Positions 10,019-18,751 of a stretch of DNA of 64,000 nucleotides are shown one piece after another. The notes beneath the pieces are model-generated. The model worked only from the letters and a program-made list of their open reading frames with translations. It was not told the origin of the DNA and searched no databases. The DNA comes from an uncultured Alphaproteobacteria bacterium (GTDB lineage: Bacteria; Pseudomonadota; Alphaproteobacteria; Caulobacterales; Aquidulcibacteraceae): positions 38,305 through 102,304 of the forward strand of contig CADEDG010000001.1 of NCBI GenBank assembly GCA_902826035.1, read 5' to 3'. Positions within the stretch are counted from its first letter, which is position 1, and every line of letters starts with the position of its first letter. The position numbers and the translations under genes were made by a program.

Positions 10019-11179
10019 TCAGAACCAAGCGCGAATGCCGAGCACCAGGCGCGCATCCTCGGGATCCTCGCCGCGCGCCTTTAGAAAATCGCGCGTGTCG
10101 CCGAAGCTGCTTGACCATTCAACGCCGACATAAGGCGCAAACTCGCGGCGAATTTCATAGCGCAGACGCACGCCGAGTTCAGCGCTCGTTACGCCCGAGC
10201 CAATCGCAAGTTCGGGAACATCTTCGGCCGACAGATTGATTTCGGCGCGCGGCTGCAAGATGAGGCGTTGCGTCAGGCGCAGATCGTATTCCGCTTCGGC
10301 GCGGGCGCTGAATTCGCCTTCGTTGGAGAGGAAGGCCGCCACGTCGACTTCGAACCAATAGGGCGCGAGGCCCTGCACGCCGACGACAAGATCGGTGCGA
10401 TCGGCATCCGGCGTGTAACGCTGGCGAACCCCGGCCTGGAAATCGAAATAGGGCGTGAACGCGCGGCTGTAGAGCGCTTCTATCTCTGCGGTCTCGAGTT
10501 CGCCGTTGAACGCGCCTTCGCCCTCGCTCTTCCACCAGAAGCGATGAATATCGCCGCCATACCAGCCCTGTGCGTCCCAGACATAGGCGTCCGCGCCCTC
10601 GCCAAAAGTGGCTTCAAGGCGATCGATGATGACGACGCTGGTGCGGATGTCGCCGTTTTCGGCGAGCAATTGTTCGCGCGCCGCGGCCATCGCTCGAGGA
10701 TCGAAATAAAGATCGGCGGCATGCGCCGGTTCGCTGCTCGCAACCGCCGGCGCTGGCGGTTCGCCCGGGCGACCGGGATTGTCCGCGCTGGTCTCGATCT
10801 CGGGGATCGCTGTCATCGCGGACATGTCGTGTCCGCTATGAGCCTCAGCGGGCGGCGTTTGCGGCCAGGCCATTTCCGGCATCGTGGACATGTCATGTCC
10901 AGCGTGCGGATCGGGCGTGGTTTGCGGCATGGTCATGCCTGCATGCGGGTCTGGCGCGGTCTGGGGCATGGCCATGCCCGGCATGCCCGCATGCGGGTCC
11001 GGCGTGGTCTGCGGCGTGGTCATGCCGGACATATCATGGCCCGCGTGCGGATCGGGCGGTTGCGTCTGTTGCTCCGCTGGCGGGGTTTGTTGATGGGCGG
11101 AGTGATCGCTCGTTTGCGCGAGCGCGGGGCTCGCGACCGCGAGCACTAGCGGCGTAAGGGTGGCTGCAAAGAATCTCAC
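10019..11179 (-). CDS. copB: Copper resistance outer-membrane protein CopB
   Basis: WDAQGWYGGD, GLAPYWFEVD and YEIRREFAPYVG; ATGA overlap with the MCO gene. Confidence 0.95.
   Translation of the reverse strand: MRFFAATLTPLVLAVASPALAQTSDHSAHQQTPPAEQQTQPPDPHAGHDMSGMTTPQTTPDPHAGMPGMAMPQTAPDPHAGMTMPQTTPDPHAGHDMSTMPEMAWPQTPPAEAHSGHDMSAMTAIPEIETSADNPGRPGEPPAPAVASSEPAHAADLYFDPRAMAAAREQLLAENGDIRTSVVIIDRLEATFGEGADAYVWDAQGWYGGDIHRFWWKSEGEGAFNGELETAEIEALYSRAFTPYFDFQAGVRQRYTPDADRTDLVVGVQGLAPYWFEVDVAAFLSNEGEFSARAEAEYDLRLTQRLILQPRAEINLSAEDVPELAIGSGVTSAELGVRLRYEIRREFAPYVGVEWSSSFGDTRDFLKARGEDPEDARLVLGIRAWF
10813..11059 (-). repeat. Tandem intragenic DPHAG(H/M)-Met repeats in the CopB N-terminus
   Basis: Four PDPHAG units plus one EAHSGH unit, separated by Met-rich spacers. 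Confidence 0.9.
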
Positions 11180-12999
11180 GAAAGCTCTCCGTCTAGAGGA
11201 CGGATAGTCACCACGTTGAACATGCCGGCATGCATGTGCAGCAAGAGGTGGCAGTGAAACGCCCAGTCTCCCGGATTGTCGGCAGTCAAGTCGAACGTCA
11301 CCTGTCCGCCGGGCGCGACATTGACCGTGTGCTTCAAGGGTTGATGTCCGTCATGGCCGTTGACCAGTTCGAAGAAATGGCCGTGCAAGTGAATGGGGTG
11401 CGACATCATCGTGTCGTTGACGAGCGTAACCCGCACGCGTTCGTTGCGCGCGAACCGGATCGGCTCGACGAGTTCGCTGAAACGCCGGCCGTCAAAGCCC
11501 CACATGAAGCGTTCCATGTTGCCGGTCAGATGAATTTCCATCGTTCGCGACGGCGCCCGGCGATCGCGGTTGGGCGAGAGCGCGACAAGGTCGGTATAGA
11601 CGAGCACGCGGTGATCGACGTTCTCAAGGCCGAGCGGGCGCTCGCCCATCCGGTTCTGCGGCATTGGCGCGATTGTCTGCACGCCAACGCCCACCGCCAT
11701 ATCCGGCGGCGCGTTCTCTGGATCGCGCATATTCATGGCGCCGTGACCGCCCGCGCCGTCATCCGCGGCGCCCATTTGCATGCCCTCCATCTGCATGCCG
11801 CTCATGTCCATGCCCGAATGATCCATACCGGCCATGCCGCCCGACATGTCGTGGCTCATGGCGCCGGTCCCGCCCATGTCCATGCCCATGTCGCGCATGG
11901 TGAGGTTGGGAACTTCACGCAGCGGCGGAATCTCGCCGCTCATGCCAAGCCGCGGCGCCAAGGTCGCGCGGCCCATGCCGGAGCGGTCGATCGCTTCTGA
12001 GACGATTGTGTAAGCGCGGTCTTCGCTCGGGGTGACGATGACGTCGTAGGTTTCGGCGACCGAAATCTGAAATTCATCGACTTCGACGGGGCGCACATTC
12101 TCGCCGTCGGCTTGCACGACGGTCATCGCAAGGCCCGGAATGCGCACATTGAAGATCGACATCGCTGACGCGTTGATGATCCGCAACCGCACCCGCTCGC
12201 CGGGGCGGAAAATGCCCGTCCAGTTTTCTTCGGGGCCGTGACCATTGATGAGGTAGGTGTAAGTCGAGCCGCTGACGTCGAGCACGTCGCGTGGGTCCAT
12301 GCGCATTTCAGCCCACATCCGGCGGTCGGCGGCGCTCATGCGGTCTTCGCCTGAAAAGAGACCCGCCACCGTGGTGCGCTGATAATTGAAATAGCCGGGG
12401 CTTTGCTTGAGGCGCGCCAAAATTTGGTGCGGATGCATGAAGCTCCAGTCCGATAGCACAAGAACGTGCTCGCGGTCGTATTCGACCGGATCGCGCGAGG
12501 CCGGGTCGATGATGATCGGCCCGTAATGGCCCAACGCTTCCTGGAGCCCTGAATGGCTGTGATACCAAAACGTGCCCGCTTGGATGATCGGGAACTCATA
12601 GACAAAAGTCTCGCCAGGGCGAATGCCGGGAAAGCTGATGCCTGGCACGCCGTCCATCTGAAACGGCAGCAGCACGCCGTGCCAGTGGATCGAGGTGTCT
12701 TCTTCCAGCCCATTGGTGACGGACAGGCGGACGTTTTGACCTTCGCGCAGGCGCAGCAGCGGCGCTGGCAGCGTGCCGTTGATGGTGACGGCGTGACCTG
12801 TTCGCCCGCCGACGCTAAAAGGGGAGTGCCCGACATTGAGTGCGACCTCGGGGCCGGCCAAGGTCGTTACTGCCGGCGCGATCCCGGCGGAACCGGTTTG
12901 CGCCCATGCAGGCATCATGCTGTCAAAGGCAAGCCATCCGGCGCCTGCGCCAGCGGCCTTCAACAAAGTTCGACGATCCAGCGCCTTACGCACAAGCAT
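11176..12999 (-). CDS. copA: CopA/PcoA multicopper oxidase, Tat-exported
   Basis: DRRTLL Tat signal; HWHG, WYHSH, HPIHLHGH and HCHLLLHM copper ligands; Met-rich insert. Confidence 0.97.
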   Translation of the reverse strand: MLVRKALDRRTLLKAAGAGAGWLAFDSMMPAWAQTGSAGIAPAVTTLAGPEVALNVGHSPFSVGGRTGHAVTINGTLPAPLLRLREGQNVRLSVTNGLEEDTSIHWHGVLLPFQMDGVPGISFPGIRPGETFVYEFPIIQAGTFWYHSHSGLQEALGHYGPIIIDPASRDPVEYDREHVLVLSDWSFMHPHQILARLKQSPGYFNYQRTTVAGLFSGEDRMSAADRRMWAEMRMDPRDVLDVSGSTYTYLINGHGPEENWTGIFRPGERVRLRIINASAMSIFNVRIPGLAMTVVQADGENVRPVEVDEFQISVAETYDVIVTPSEDRAYTIVSEAIDRSGMGRATLAPRLGMSGEIPPLREVPNLTMRDMGMDMGGTGAMSHDMSGGMAGMDHSGMDMSGMQMEGMQMGAADDGAGGHGAMNMRDPENAPPDMAVGVGVQTIAPMPQNRMGERPLGLENVDHRVLVYTDLVALSPNRDRRAPSRTMEIHLTGNMERFMWGFDGRRFSELVEPIRFARNERVRVTLVNDTMMSHPIHLHGHFFELVNGHDGHQPLKHTVNVAPGGQVTFDLTADNPGDWAFHCHLLLHMHAGMFNVVTIRPLDGELS

Positions 13000-13034
13000 G
13001 CTCCAGTCTGAGAAGACCCCGACAGTATCTAAGA

Positions 13035-13058
13035 ATACGCGCCCTCCCGCGCGATCCC
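13035..13058 (-). promoter_or_regulatory. Putative ECF promoter upstream of copA(MCO)-copB
   Basis: Minus strand (A)GGGATCGCGCGGGAGGGCGCGTAT. Confidence 0.75.
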
Positions 13059-13092
13059 TCAGCGCGTACGCCTGAGACTGGCGCCAGGATGC

Positions 13093-13116
13093 GGGAAATC
13101 AGCAACTGGCGCGTAA
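13093..13116 (+). promoter_or_regulatory. Putative ECF promoter, divergent partner, upstream of 13147
   Basis: GGGAAATCAGCAACTGGCGCGTAA. Confidence 0.7.
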
Positions 13117-13146
13117 ACCCAATGGGCGCGACAGCGCCAAGGGGAG

Positions 13147-13629
13147 ATGCGGATGCTAAAGAAATTGGTGATCATCTTTGTCGCAGCCTGGGCCATGGCG
13201 GGCGCGGCGGCGGCCCAGCCCAGCGCCGATGAGTTAGCCGTGGAAGCGGTTCTCTCAGGATACCGCCAGGCCATTGAGGCGCGCGACGGCGAGGCGGCCT
13301 CGCGCTATTTCTGGCCGGAATCGCAGGTCTTTGAGCAAGGCGGCGTGGAGGGCGATTTTGCCACTTATCTTGCCCACCACTTGGGACCAGAATTGCACGA
13401 GATCGCCAGTTTCGATTTTGACGGCCTTGAGACCGACTTCGAAATCGCAGGCGATTTCGCTTATGCCAGCGAAGTCTACACCTACGCGATCACGTTCCCT
13501 GAAGCTGCGGCGCGCGCGCCAATTGCGCGACGCGGCGTTGCTACCAGCATGTTGCAGCGCCGTGGCGGCGAGTGGCGCATCGTTGTCTATCACTCGTCTT
13601 CACGTGCGCCCCGGCCGCCTGCAAATTAG
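13147..13629 (+). CDS. Secreted NTF2/SnoaL-like (DUF4440/YybH-like) protein
   Basis: Signal peptide; YLAHHLGPEL; C-terminal WRIVVYHSSSR. Confidence 0.8.
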   Translation: MRMLKKLVIIFVAAWAMAGAAAAQPSADELAVEAVLSGYRQAIEARDGEAASRYFWPESQVFEQGGVEGDFATYLAHHLGPELHEIASFDFDGLETDFEIAGDFAYASEVYTYAITFPEAAARAPIARRGVATSMLQRRGGEWRIVVYHSSSRAPRPPAN

Positions 13630-13769
13630 CGGCTGCGACGAAAGAGGCGGTTTGCTTGCGGATCGCCGCTTGCGCGTTTGCGTTGCAGGCGAATCGCCGC
13701 TGCCGCGCGGGTTCGCGCAAGCGCTCAAGAGTGTTGTCGCGCGCGCTTTTGCGGCGACCGTTGGCTTGT

Positions 13770-14429
13770 TTAGACCTCCTTTGTGGCGCGCCAAATCGAA
13801 ATCAGGCCAGTCAAGGTGGGCACGCGCTCGACTATTTCGGTCCGCTTAAAGCCGCAGGCCAGCAACAGTTGGGGGATCGCGCCGCGGCGATTGTGCTCGG
13901 TCGGCTCGAAGCCGTCGGTCATTTGAACGAGCCAGAACGCCATGCGCATCAAAGGCGTCGGCTGTTCGCCGTAATCGGCAAGCACGAGCCGCCCGCCGGG
14001 CTTTAGCAGCCGAAACGCGTTCTCAAGAATGCTTTGCTTGGTTTCAAGCGGACATTGGTGCAGCACAAGCGAGCATGTCACCGCATCAGCGCTGGCCGCC
14101 CCGACCGAGCCGACGGGCGCGTCTCCCATGGCGGTTTGGTACTCGATCTCGACTCCCGCCGCGCGGGCCTTTCGTTCGCCGATGAGCCTCACTTCAGGGT
14201 CTGGATCGACTGCCACAAGGCGCGCGCCAGGCGCGCGCTTTTTGATCATGATGCCGAGCGAGCCGGTGCCTGCGCCCAGATCGACGATGACCTCGCCGCC
14301 TCGCGGGTTGAGCGTCGTAAGGACAAGCGATCGCCACACCCGCTCGCGCGTCATGGCCGCAATCACCCAATCATACATTCCGGTCCATTCGCGGCGACCG
14401 AGCGCGGGAATATAGCCAGCGTTGTTCAT
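13770..14429 (-). CDS. Class I SAM-dependent methyltransferase
   Basis: VDLGAGTG motif I; LKPGGRLVLADY. Confidence 0.88.
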   Translation of the reverse strand: MNNAGYIPALGRREWTGMYDWVIAAMTRERVWRSLVLTTLNPRGGEVIVDLGAGTGSLGIMIKKRAPGARLVAVDPDPEVRLIGERKARAAGVEIEYQTAMGDAPVGSVGAASADAVTCSLVLHQCPLETKQSILENAFRLLKPGGRLVLADYGEQPTPLMRMAFWLVQMTDGFEPTEHNRRGAIPQLLLACGFKRTEIVERVPTLTGLISIWRATKEV

Positions 14430-14499
14430 TGGTTTGACCTTCAAATGGAGCGCAGTGACAGACCAAAGCGCGCAGAGCCTTATAGGCGGGCGAACACTC

Positions 14500-15339
14500 T
14501 TAGCGCCGAGGGTCGAACGGGGCGGCGTGCTGGGTGAAGAACCCCTTCGGATAGGTCGCGTCACTCAAACCCAAATCGTGGGGTCCAATCCGCTCCGGGG
14601 CGTCGTGAAGGCTCCCGAACAGCCAATCCCATATAAGAAAGACTTCGCCGAAATTCACCTGCGCGTCTTCGTAATCGCGTTTGTGGCGCCAGCGATGCAT
14701 CTCGGCGACGCCGAGCAGACGCCGCGCTGGACCTAACGTGTAGTCGATATTGGCGTGCTGGAATGCTAGGTGCACAGGCAGGATTGCGAACCAGCCGGCA
14801 AGCGCTGCTTGCGGCGCGCCAAGCAATGCTGCTGCAAGGAGGCCGGGCGTCGCCAGAATAAGGGCGCTTACGATGTGGCGGCGTTCGCCGTTCAGCCAAT
14901 AAAGTCGTTCGGGGCTGTGATGCGGTTGATGGAAGCGCCACAGAAATCGCGAATTGTGGCTCCAGCGGTGCATCCAATAAAGGCCGAAATCGATGATGGC
15001 GCCAACACCGAACACGCTTGCCCAGAGTGGCCAAGAATTGGGCCAAATGCCTAACGACAGCGTTGTGGTGCTGAGCGGGTAGATGAAGTGGACGCTCGCC
15101 TGGATGAGCCCAGCGCCCAGCACATTGTATTGGACGTCAGCCCAAAGATCGCCATGGCCTTTTGTCCAGGCCTGCTGGTAAGGCGAAAGCCGTTCAAGCC
15201 CGCCGACCGCAAGAACGCCCGCGAGCGTTAAGGCTGGCAACGCCAGTGCGGCGCTTGGCGACGCAGCGAGCGTTGTCGCCGCCAAGACCACAGCAGCCAT
15301 GACAAGGGGATAAGCGAGGTAGCGAATGGCCAAGCGCAT
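14500..15339 (-). CDS. Sterol desaturase / fatty-acid hydroxylase family protein
   Basis: His boxes YWMHRWSH, FHQPHHS and FQHAN. The last box reads HRWRH rather than HxxHH. Confidence 0.85.
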   Translation of the reverse strand: MRLAIRYLAYPLVMAAVVLAATTLAASPSAALALPALTLAGVLAVGGLERLSPYQQAWTKGHGDLWADVQYNVLGAGLIQASVHFIYPLSTTTLSLGIWPNSWPLWASVFGVGAIIDFGLYWMHRWSHNSRFLWRFHQPHHSPERLYWLNGERRHIVSALILATPGLLAAALLGAPQAALAGWFAILPVHLAFQHANIDYTLGPARRLLGVAEMHRWRHKRDYEDAQVNFGEVFLIWDWLFGSLHDAPERIGPHDLGLSDATYPKGFFTQHAAPFDPRR

Positions 15340-15398
15340 CGAAATGTCTCCTGGCCTCTATTTCGCGGGTTCGGCAGGCGTGCGCTTGAACGAAACAG

Positions 15399-16139
15399 CT
15401 ACGCCTCGTCGAATTTCACCGCGCCCGTGATGGTGAGCGGGCTTGCGCCGAACATGCGCGCGCAGGTGCGCGAGAAGTGAGCCGAATCGGCAAAGCCGCC
15501 ATGATGTGCAGCTTCGGTGAGTGACAATCCCTGAGCGATGCCGGTGAAGGCGCGCCGGAGCTTCGACCAAAGCAGGAATGACCGGATCGGCACGCCGATC
15601 TCGTCGCGAAAAAGATGGGCAGCGCGCGATTGCGAGAGATTAAGGGTGCGAGCGAGTGCGCGCGCGTCAAGGGGAGCGTCGCTCTCGTGAAAGGCGCCAA
15701 GCGCTGCACCAATGCGGGCGTCGCGGGCCGGCGCTATCTCTGCGGCGCCCAACAAACCGGCTAGTCGCTCGGCTGGATCGGCGCCTTCATCAGCGATCGA
15801 GGTTTCGACGATGGCGGCCAGTTCTGCTGCTTGGGCCGGGGAAAGCACATTGATCCGATCGCCGATTGCACGAGCGATCCGCTGCCCGGATGTGCTGTCG
15901 GGATCGACGTAGAGAAAACTGCTGGGATAGGCCGCCGTTGCGCGATGAGAGACATTGGCGGGCGCTACAAATCCTTGGCCGTGATGTTCGCCGCTTGCGT
16001 CCACGAGCAGTGCGTGGGGGCCAGCAAATGCTTGAATTGCGTGGTGGCTATGAAAGCCATTGTCGCCCGCGGCGCCAAGGAATGCCGCCCACCACGGCCC
16101 GATGCGGGCTGCGCCCCGCCATTTGGCGACGCTATTCAT
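15399..16139 (-). CDS. AraC-family transcriptional regulator
   Basis: LSQSRAAHLFRDEIG and AAHHGGFADSAHFSRT double-HTH motifs. Confidence 0.92.
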   Translation of the reverse strand: MNSVAKWRGAARIGPWWAAFLGAAGDNGFHSHHAIQAFAGPHALLVDASGEHHGQGFVAPANVSHRATAAYPSSFLYVDPDSTSGQRIARAIGDRINVLSPAQAAELAAIVETSIADEGADPAERLAGLLGAAEIAPARDARIGAALGAFHESDAPLDARALARTLNLSQSRAAHLFRDEIGVPIRSFLLWSKLRRAFTGIAQGLSLTEAAHHGGFADSAHFSRTCARMFGASPLTITGAVKFDEA

Positions 16140-16692
16140 CGCGCAGCGCCCGTGCGAGAGCCAGTTTGGCGCGGTAAACGCGGGTTTCGACGGCTTTGGG
16201 TGTTAAGCTCAGCACGCGCGCGGCGTCGTGATGGCTCATCCCGCTGATCGCTGTCAGCAGCAAAGGTTCTTTCAGACCCGCGGGCAAGGCTGCAATCGCG
16301 GAATCGAGCCGGGTCAGATTGCGCTGCAAGGTCTCGTCGTCAGCGTCTGTCGCGGCGGCGATGTCTGGGGATGTCTGGATGCTCTCGGCGCCAAAGAAGA
16401 AGCGACGAACTGCGCGGCGACGCGCCCAGTCACGGCATTTATTGAGCGCGATCCGCTTGATCCATGCCGGAAATGGACGGTCCTTATCGTAGCGAGCAAG
16501 CGCAAGCCAGGCCGCAGCAAACGCCTCCTGGGTGAGGTCATAGGCTTCGTCGGCGTCGGCCACGTAGGAGCGCACGAACCGGTAAACCTTTTCCTTGTGA
16601 CGGCGCACCAGCAGAGAAAATGCCGCCTCCCGACCCCCGAGCGCCGCTGCCACGAGCGATGCGTCATCGCTTTCGGGCGAGGGGACGCTCAT
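16132..16692 (-). CDS. ECF sigma factor, CnrH-like (module 1)
   Basis: Sigma2 (EAYDLTQEAF, AWIKRIALNKCRDW) and sigma4 (VETRVYRAK); translationally coupled to the sensor gene. Confidence 0.9.
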   Translation of the reverse strand: MSVPSPESDDASLVAAALGGREAAFSLLVRRHKEKVYRFVRSYVADADEAYDLTQEAFAAAWLALARYDKDRPFPAWIKRIALNKCRDWARRRAVRRFFFGAESIQTSPDIAAATDADDETLQRNLTRLDSAIAALPAGLKEPLLLTAISGMSHHDAARVLSLTPKAVETRVYRAKLALARALRDE

Positions 16693-17126
16693 TGGGGCTC
16701 GGCGGTTAACGCCTCGACGACGGTATCGTCGAAGATCGCCTTCTGCTCATCGTTCAGGACCTCGCGCATCGCAAACATGTGAGCGATGGTTTCGGTCTGT
16801 AGCCGCCCCATCGCGTCATGAAATCGCTCAACCGCAGCCGCGACCCTTGGACCGTTCTCATGCTCTTCGCGGATGGCCGCGGCCAGCTCGGCGTTGGCGG
16901 AGCGCATTTCAAGTTCAAGCGCGTGCTTGCGGGCGGCGAACGCGCCTTCCAGCGTCTCGATTCTAGCGAGTTGATCGCCGCTTAGATCAAGGCGGTGATG
17001 CACGACATCGTGCATTGAGGGTGCAGGCCCCGGCGCCAGCGCCTTCATGCCTAACCAGACCCCGCCGAAACCTGCCGCCAAGGCCACCAACGCCGTCAGC
17101 AAGATGGCCCGACCCGAAAGTCTCAA
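16689..17126 (-). CDS. Periplasmic heavy-metal sensor, CnrX/NccX-like (module 1)
   Basis: One TM helix, then HDVVHH, FHDAMGRLQ and HMFAMREVL: the His/His/Glu/His/Met ligand pattern. Confidence 0.88.
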   Translation of the reverse strand: MRLSGRAILLTALVALAAGFGGVWLGMKALAPGPAPSMHDVVHHRLDLSGDQLARIETLEGAFAARKHALELEMRSANAELAAAIREEHENGPRVAAAVERFHDAMGRLQTETIAHMFAMREVLNDEQKAIFDDTVVEALTAEPQ

Positions 17127-17404
17127 CGATCATCCCCGAGCAAGGTCGAAGGCGCATAAGCGGCATGCACCGCAAAGGGCGAGAAATCGATCGCGGGGCG
17201 GGCCGCTGAGGCGCCGCCAGCAAAGGCGCCGAAGGTCAGCATTACTGCAGCTAGGGCCGCTTGCCAGCGCCAGGCGCGGGGCGGCCCGACGATCATGCGC
17301 GCGGCTTCAATTTGCTCCCAAACCTTCGGCTCCAACTGATCGAGCCTGCGGTCAAGCGGGCGTTCGCGAAGTGCAAGGAGCAATCGTTCAAGGTCGACGG
17401 TCAT
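17123..17404 (-). CDS. Anti-sigma factor, CnrY-like (module 1)
   Basis: LDQLEPKVWEQI, one TM helix, C-terminal FAVHAAYAPSTLLG; first gene of a Y-X-H order. Confidence 0.8.
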   Translation of the reverse strand: MTVDLERLLLALRERPLDRRLDQLEPKVWEQIEAARMIVGPPRAWRWQAALAAVMLTFGAFAGGASAARPAIDFSPFAVHAAYAPSTLLGDDR

Positions 17405-17430
17405 GGTTTCCAACTCTTGTTCCACCAGCA

Positions 17431-17454
17431 ATACGCACGAATACGCCGGAACCC
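17431..17454 (-). promoter_or_regulatory. Putative autoregulatory ECF promoter of the cnrY-X-H-like operon
   Basis: Minus strand (A)GGGTTCCGGCGTATTCGTGCGTAT. Confidence 0.8.
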
Positions 17455-17473
17455 TCAAGCGGCCTTCACTTGA

Positions 17474-17497
17474 GGGTTTTCGACCGGTGCTGCGTAG
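17474..17497 (+). promoter_or_regulatory. Putative ECF promoter upstream of MTase-DUF411-pyruvyltransferase
   Basis: (A)GGGTTTTCGACCGGTGCTGCGTAG. Confidence 0.7.
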
Positions 17498-17543
17498 CAA
17501 GAGGGAAGGGTGGAAAACCGCCCCGGGCGAGGGAGCGCAGCTT

Positions 17544-18254
17544 ATGGATCAACCGATTGCCGTTCAGCAGGCGTATTGGAACGACTGGAACGCGGCCAAG
17601 AACGAGCGCCCGCTTTCTGATATTTCCGCCGACCAGCGCGAGTTGGTGGTGCAGTGGCTTTCCCGGATCGGACGCACCGATCTCAAAATTTTGGAGGTCG
17701 GATGCGGGGCAGGCTGGCTCTGCCCGTCGCTAAAACCATTCGGTCATGTGACCGCCACCGACCTCTCCGAAGGCGTACTCCGCGAAGCCGCCGAGCGTGT
17801 GCCGGACGTCAAGTTCGTCGCCGGCGACTTCATGGAGCTCGACTTGGGGACCGGGGAGTACGATGTGATCGTCAGTCTCGAAGTCTTGTCGCATGTGGCC
17901 GATCACCCGGCCTTTATGGCAAAGCTCGCCAGTCTATTACGCCCCGGCGGCATGCTCATGCTGGCCACGCAAAACCGACCGGTGCTTGAACGCCACAACA
18001 ACGTGCCCCCGCCCGCGCCGGAACAATTGCGCAATTGGGTCGATCGCGATGAATTGAGGGCGTTGCTGATGCCGCACTTTGAGATACGTCAGCTTCGAAC
18101 TATTTCTGCCACGGCTAACAAGGGTTTTTATAGGCTCATTCTTGGGCGCAAAGCCAAGCGCGCTATGCGCGCGCTGTTTGGACGGAGTCTCGAAAACGCC
18201 ATGGCGCGCGCGGGCTTAGGCTGGACGCTGATCGCAATGGTGCAAAAGCGCTAA
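17544..18254 (+). CDS. Class I SAM-dependent methyltransferase (UbiG-like fold)
   Basis: ILEVGCGAG; SLEVLSHV; LRPGGMLML. Confidence 0.88.
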   Translation: MDQPIAVQQAYWNDWNAAKNERPLSDISADQRELVVQWLSRIGRTDLKILEVGCGAGWLCPSLKPFGHVTATDLSEGVLREAAERVPDVKFVAGDFMELDLGTGEYDVIVSLEVLSHVADHPAFMAKLASLLRPGGMLMLATQNRPVLERHNNVPPPAPEQLRNWVDRDELRALLMPHFEIRQLRTISATANKGFYRLILGRKAKRAMRALFGRSLENAMARAGLGWTLIAMVQKR

Positions 18255-18273
18255 CGAAGACAGGATAAGCAAC

Positions 18274-18741
18274 GTGAATCGTCGCCGACTTCTTTCCACC
18301 ACCGTTTTGTTGCTCGTTTCCGCCGTCACCCCCGGCTGCGCTCAAGAGGCGCAAGCGCTTGAGATGCAGGTGCGCCGCGACGCCGGTTGCGGCTGCTGTG
18401 AGGTGTGGACCCAGCAAATGGGTGCAAGCGGGCGCTTTCGCACGACACTCGTCAACGAGGCGGATATGAGCGCGCTGAAACGCCGCCTCGGCGTGCCCGA
18501 AGATCTGGCCTCGTGTCATACCGCGGAGGTCGCAGGCTTTGTGATCGAAGGTCACGTGCCCGCGCGTGAGATCATGCGCTTGCTTGCAGAACGTCCCGCG
18601 GGCGTGCGCGGGCTCGCCGTTGCGGGCATGCCCGCGGGCTCGCCGGGGATGGAAATGCCCGATGGGCGGCGCGACGCCTTCGATGTTGTCGCCTTTGGCG
18701 ATGGACGAAGCGTGTTTGCGAGTTACCCGGCGTCGGCCTGA
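18274..18741 (+). CDS. DUF411 (CopG-like) periplasmic metal-binding protein
   Basis: CGCC, SCHTA, IEGHVPA and GMPAGSPGME motifs. Confidence 0.92.
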   Translation: MNRRRLLSTTVLLLVSAVTPGCAQEAQALEMQVRRDAGCGCCEVWTQQMGASGRFRTTLVNEADMSALKRRLGVPEDLASCHTAEVAGFVIEGHVPAREIMRLLAERPAGVRGLAVAGMPAGSPGMEMPDGRRDAFDVVAFGDGRSVFASYPASA

Positions 18742-18751
18742 CGCGGCTACG

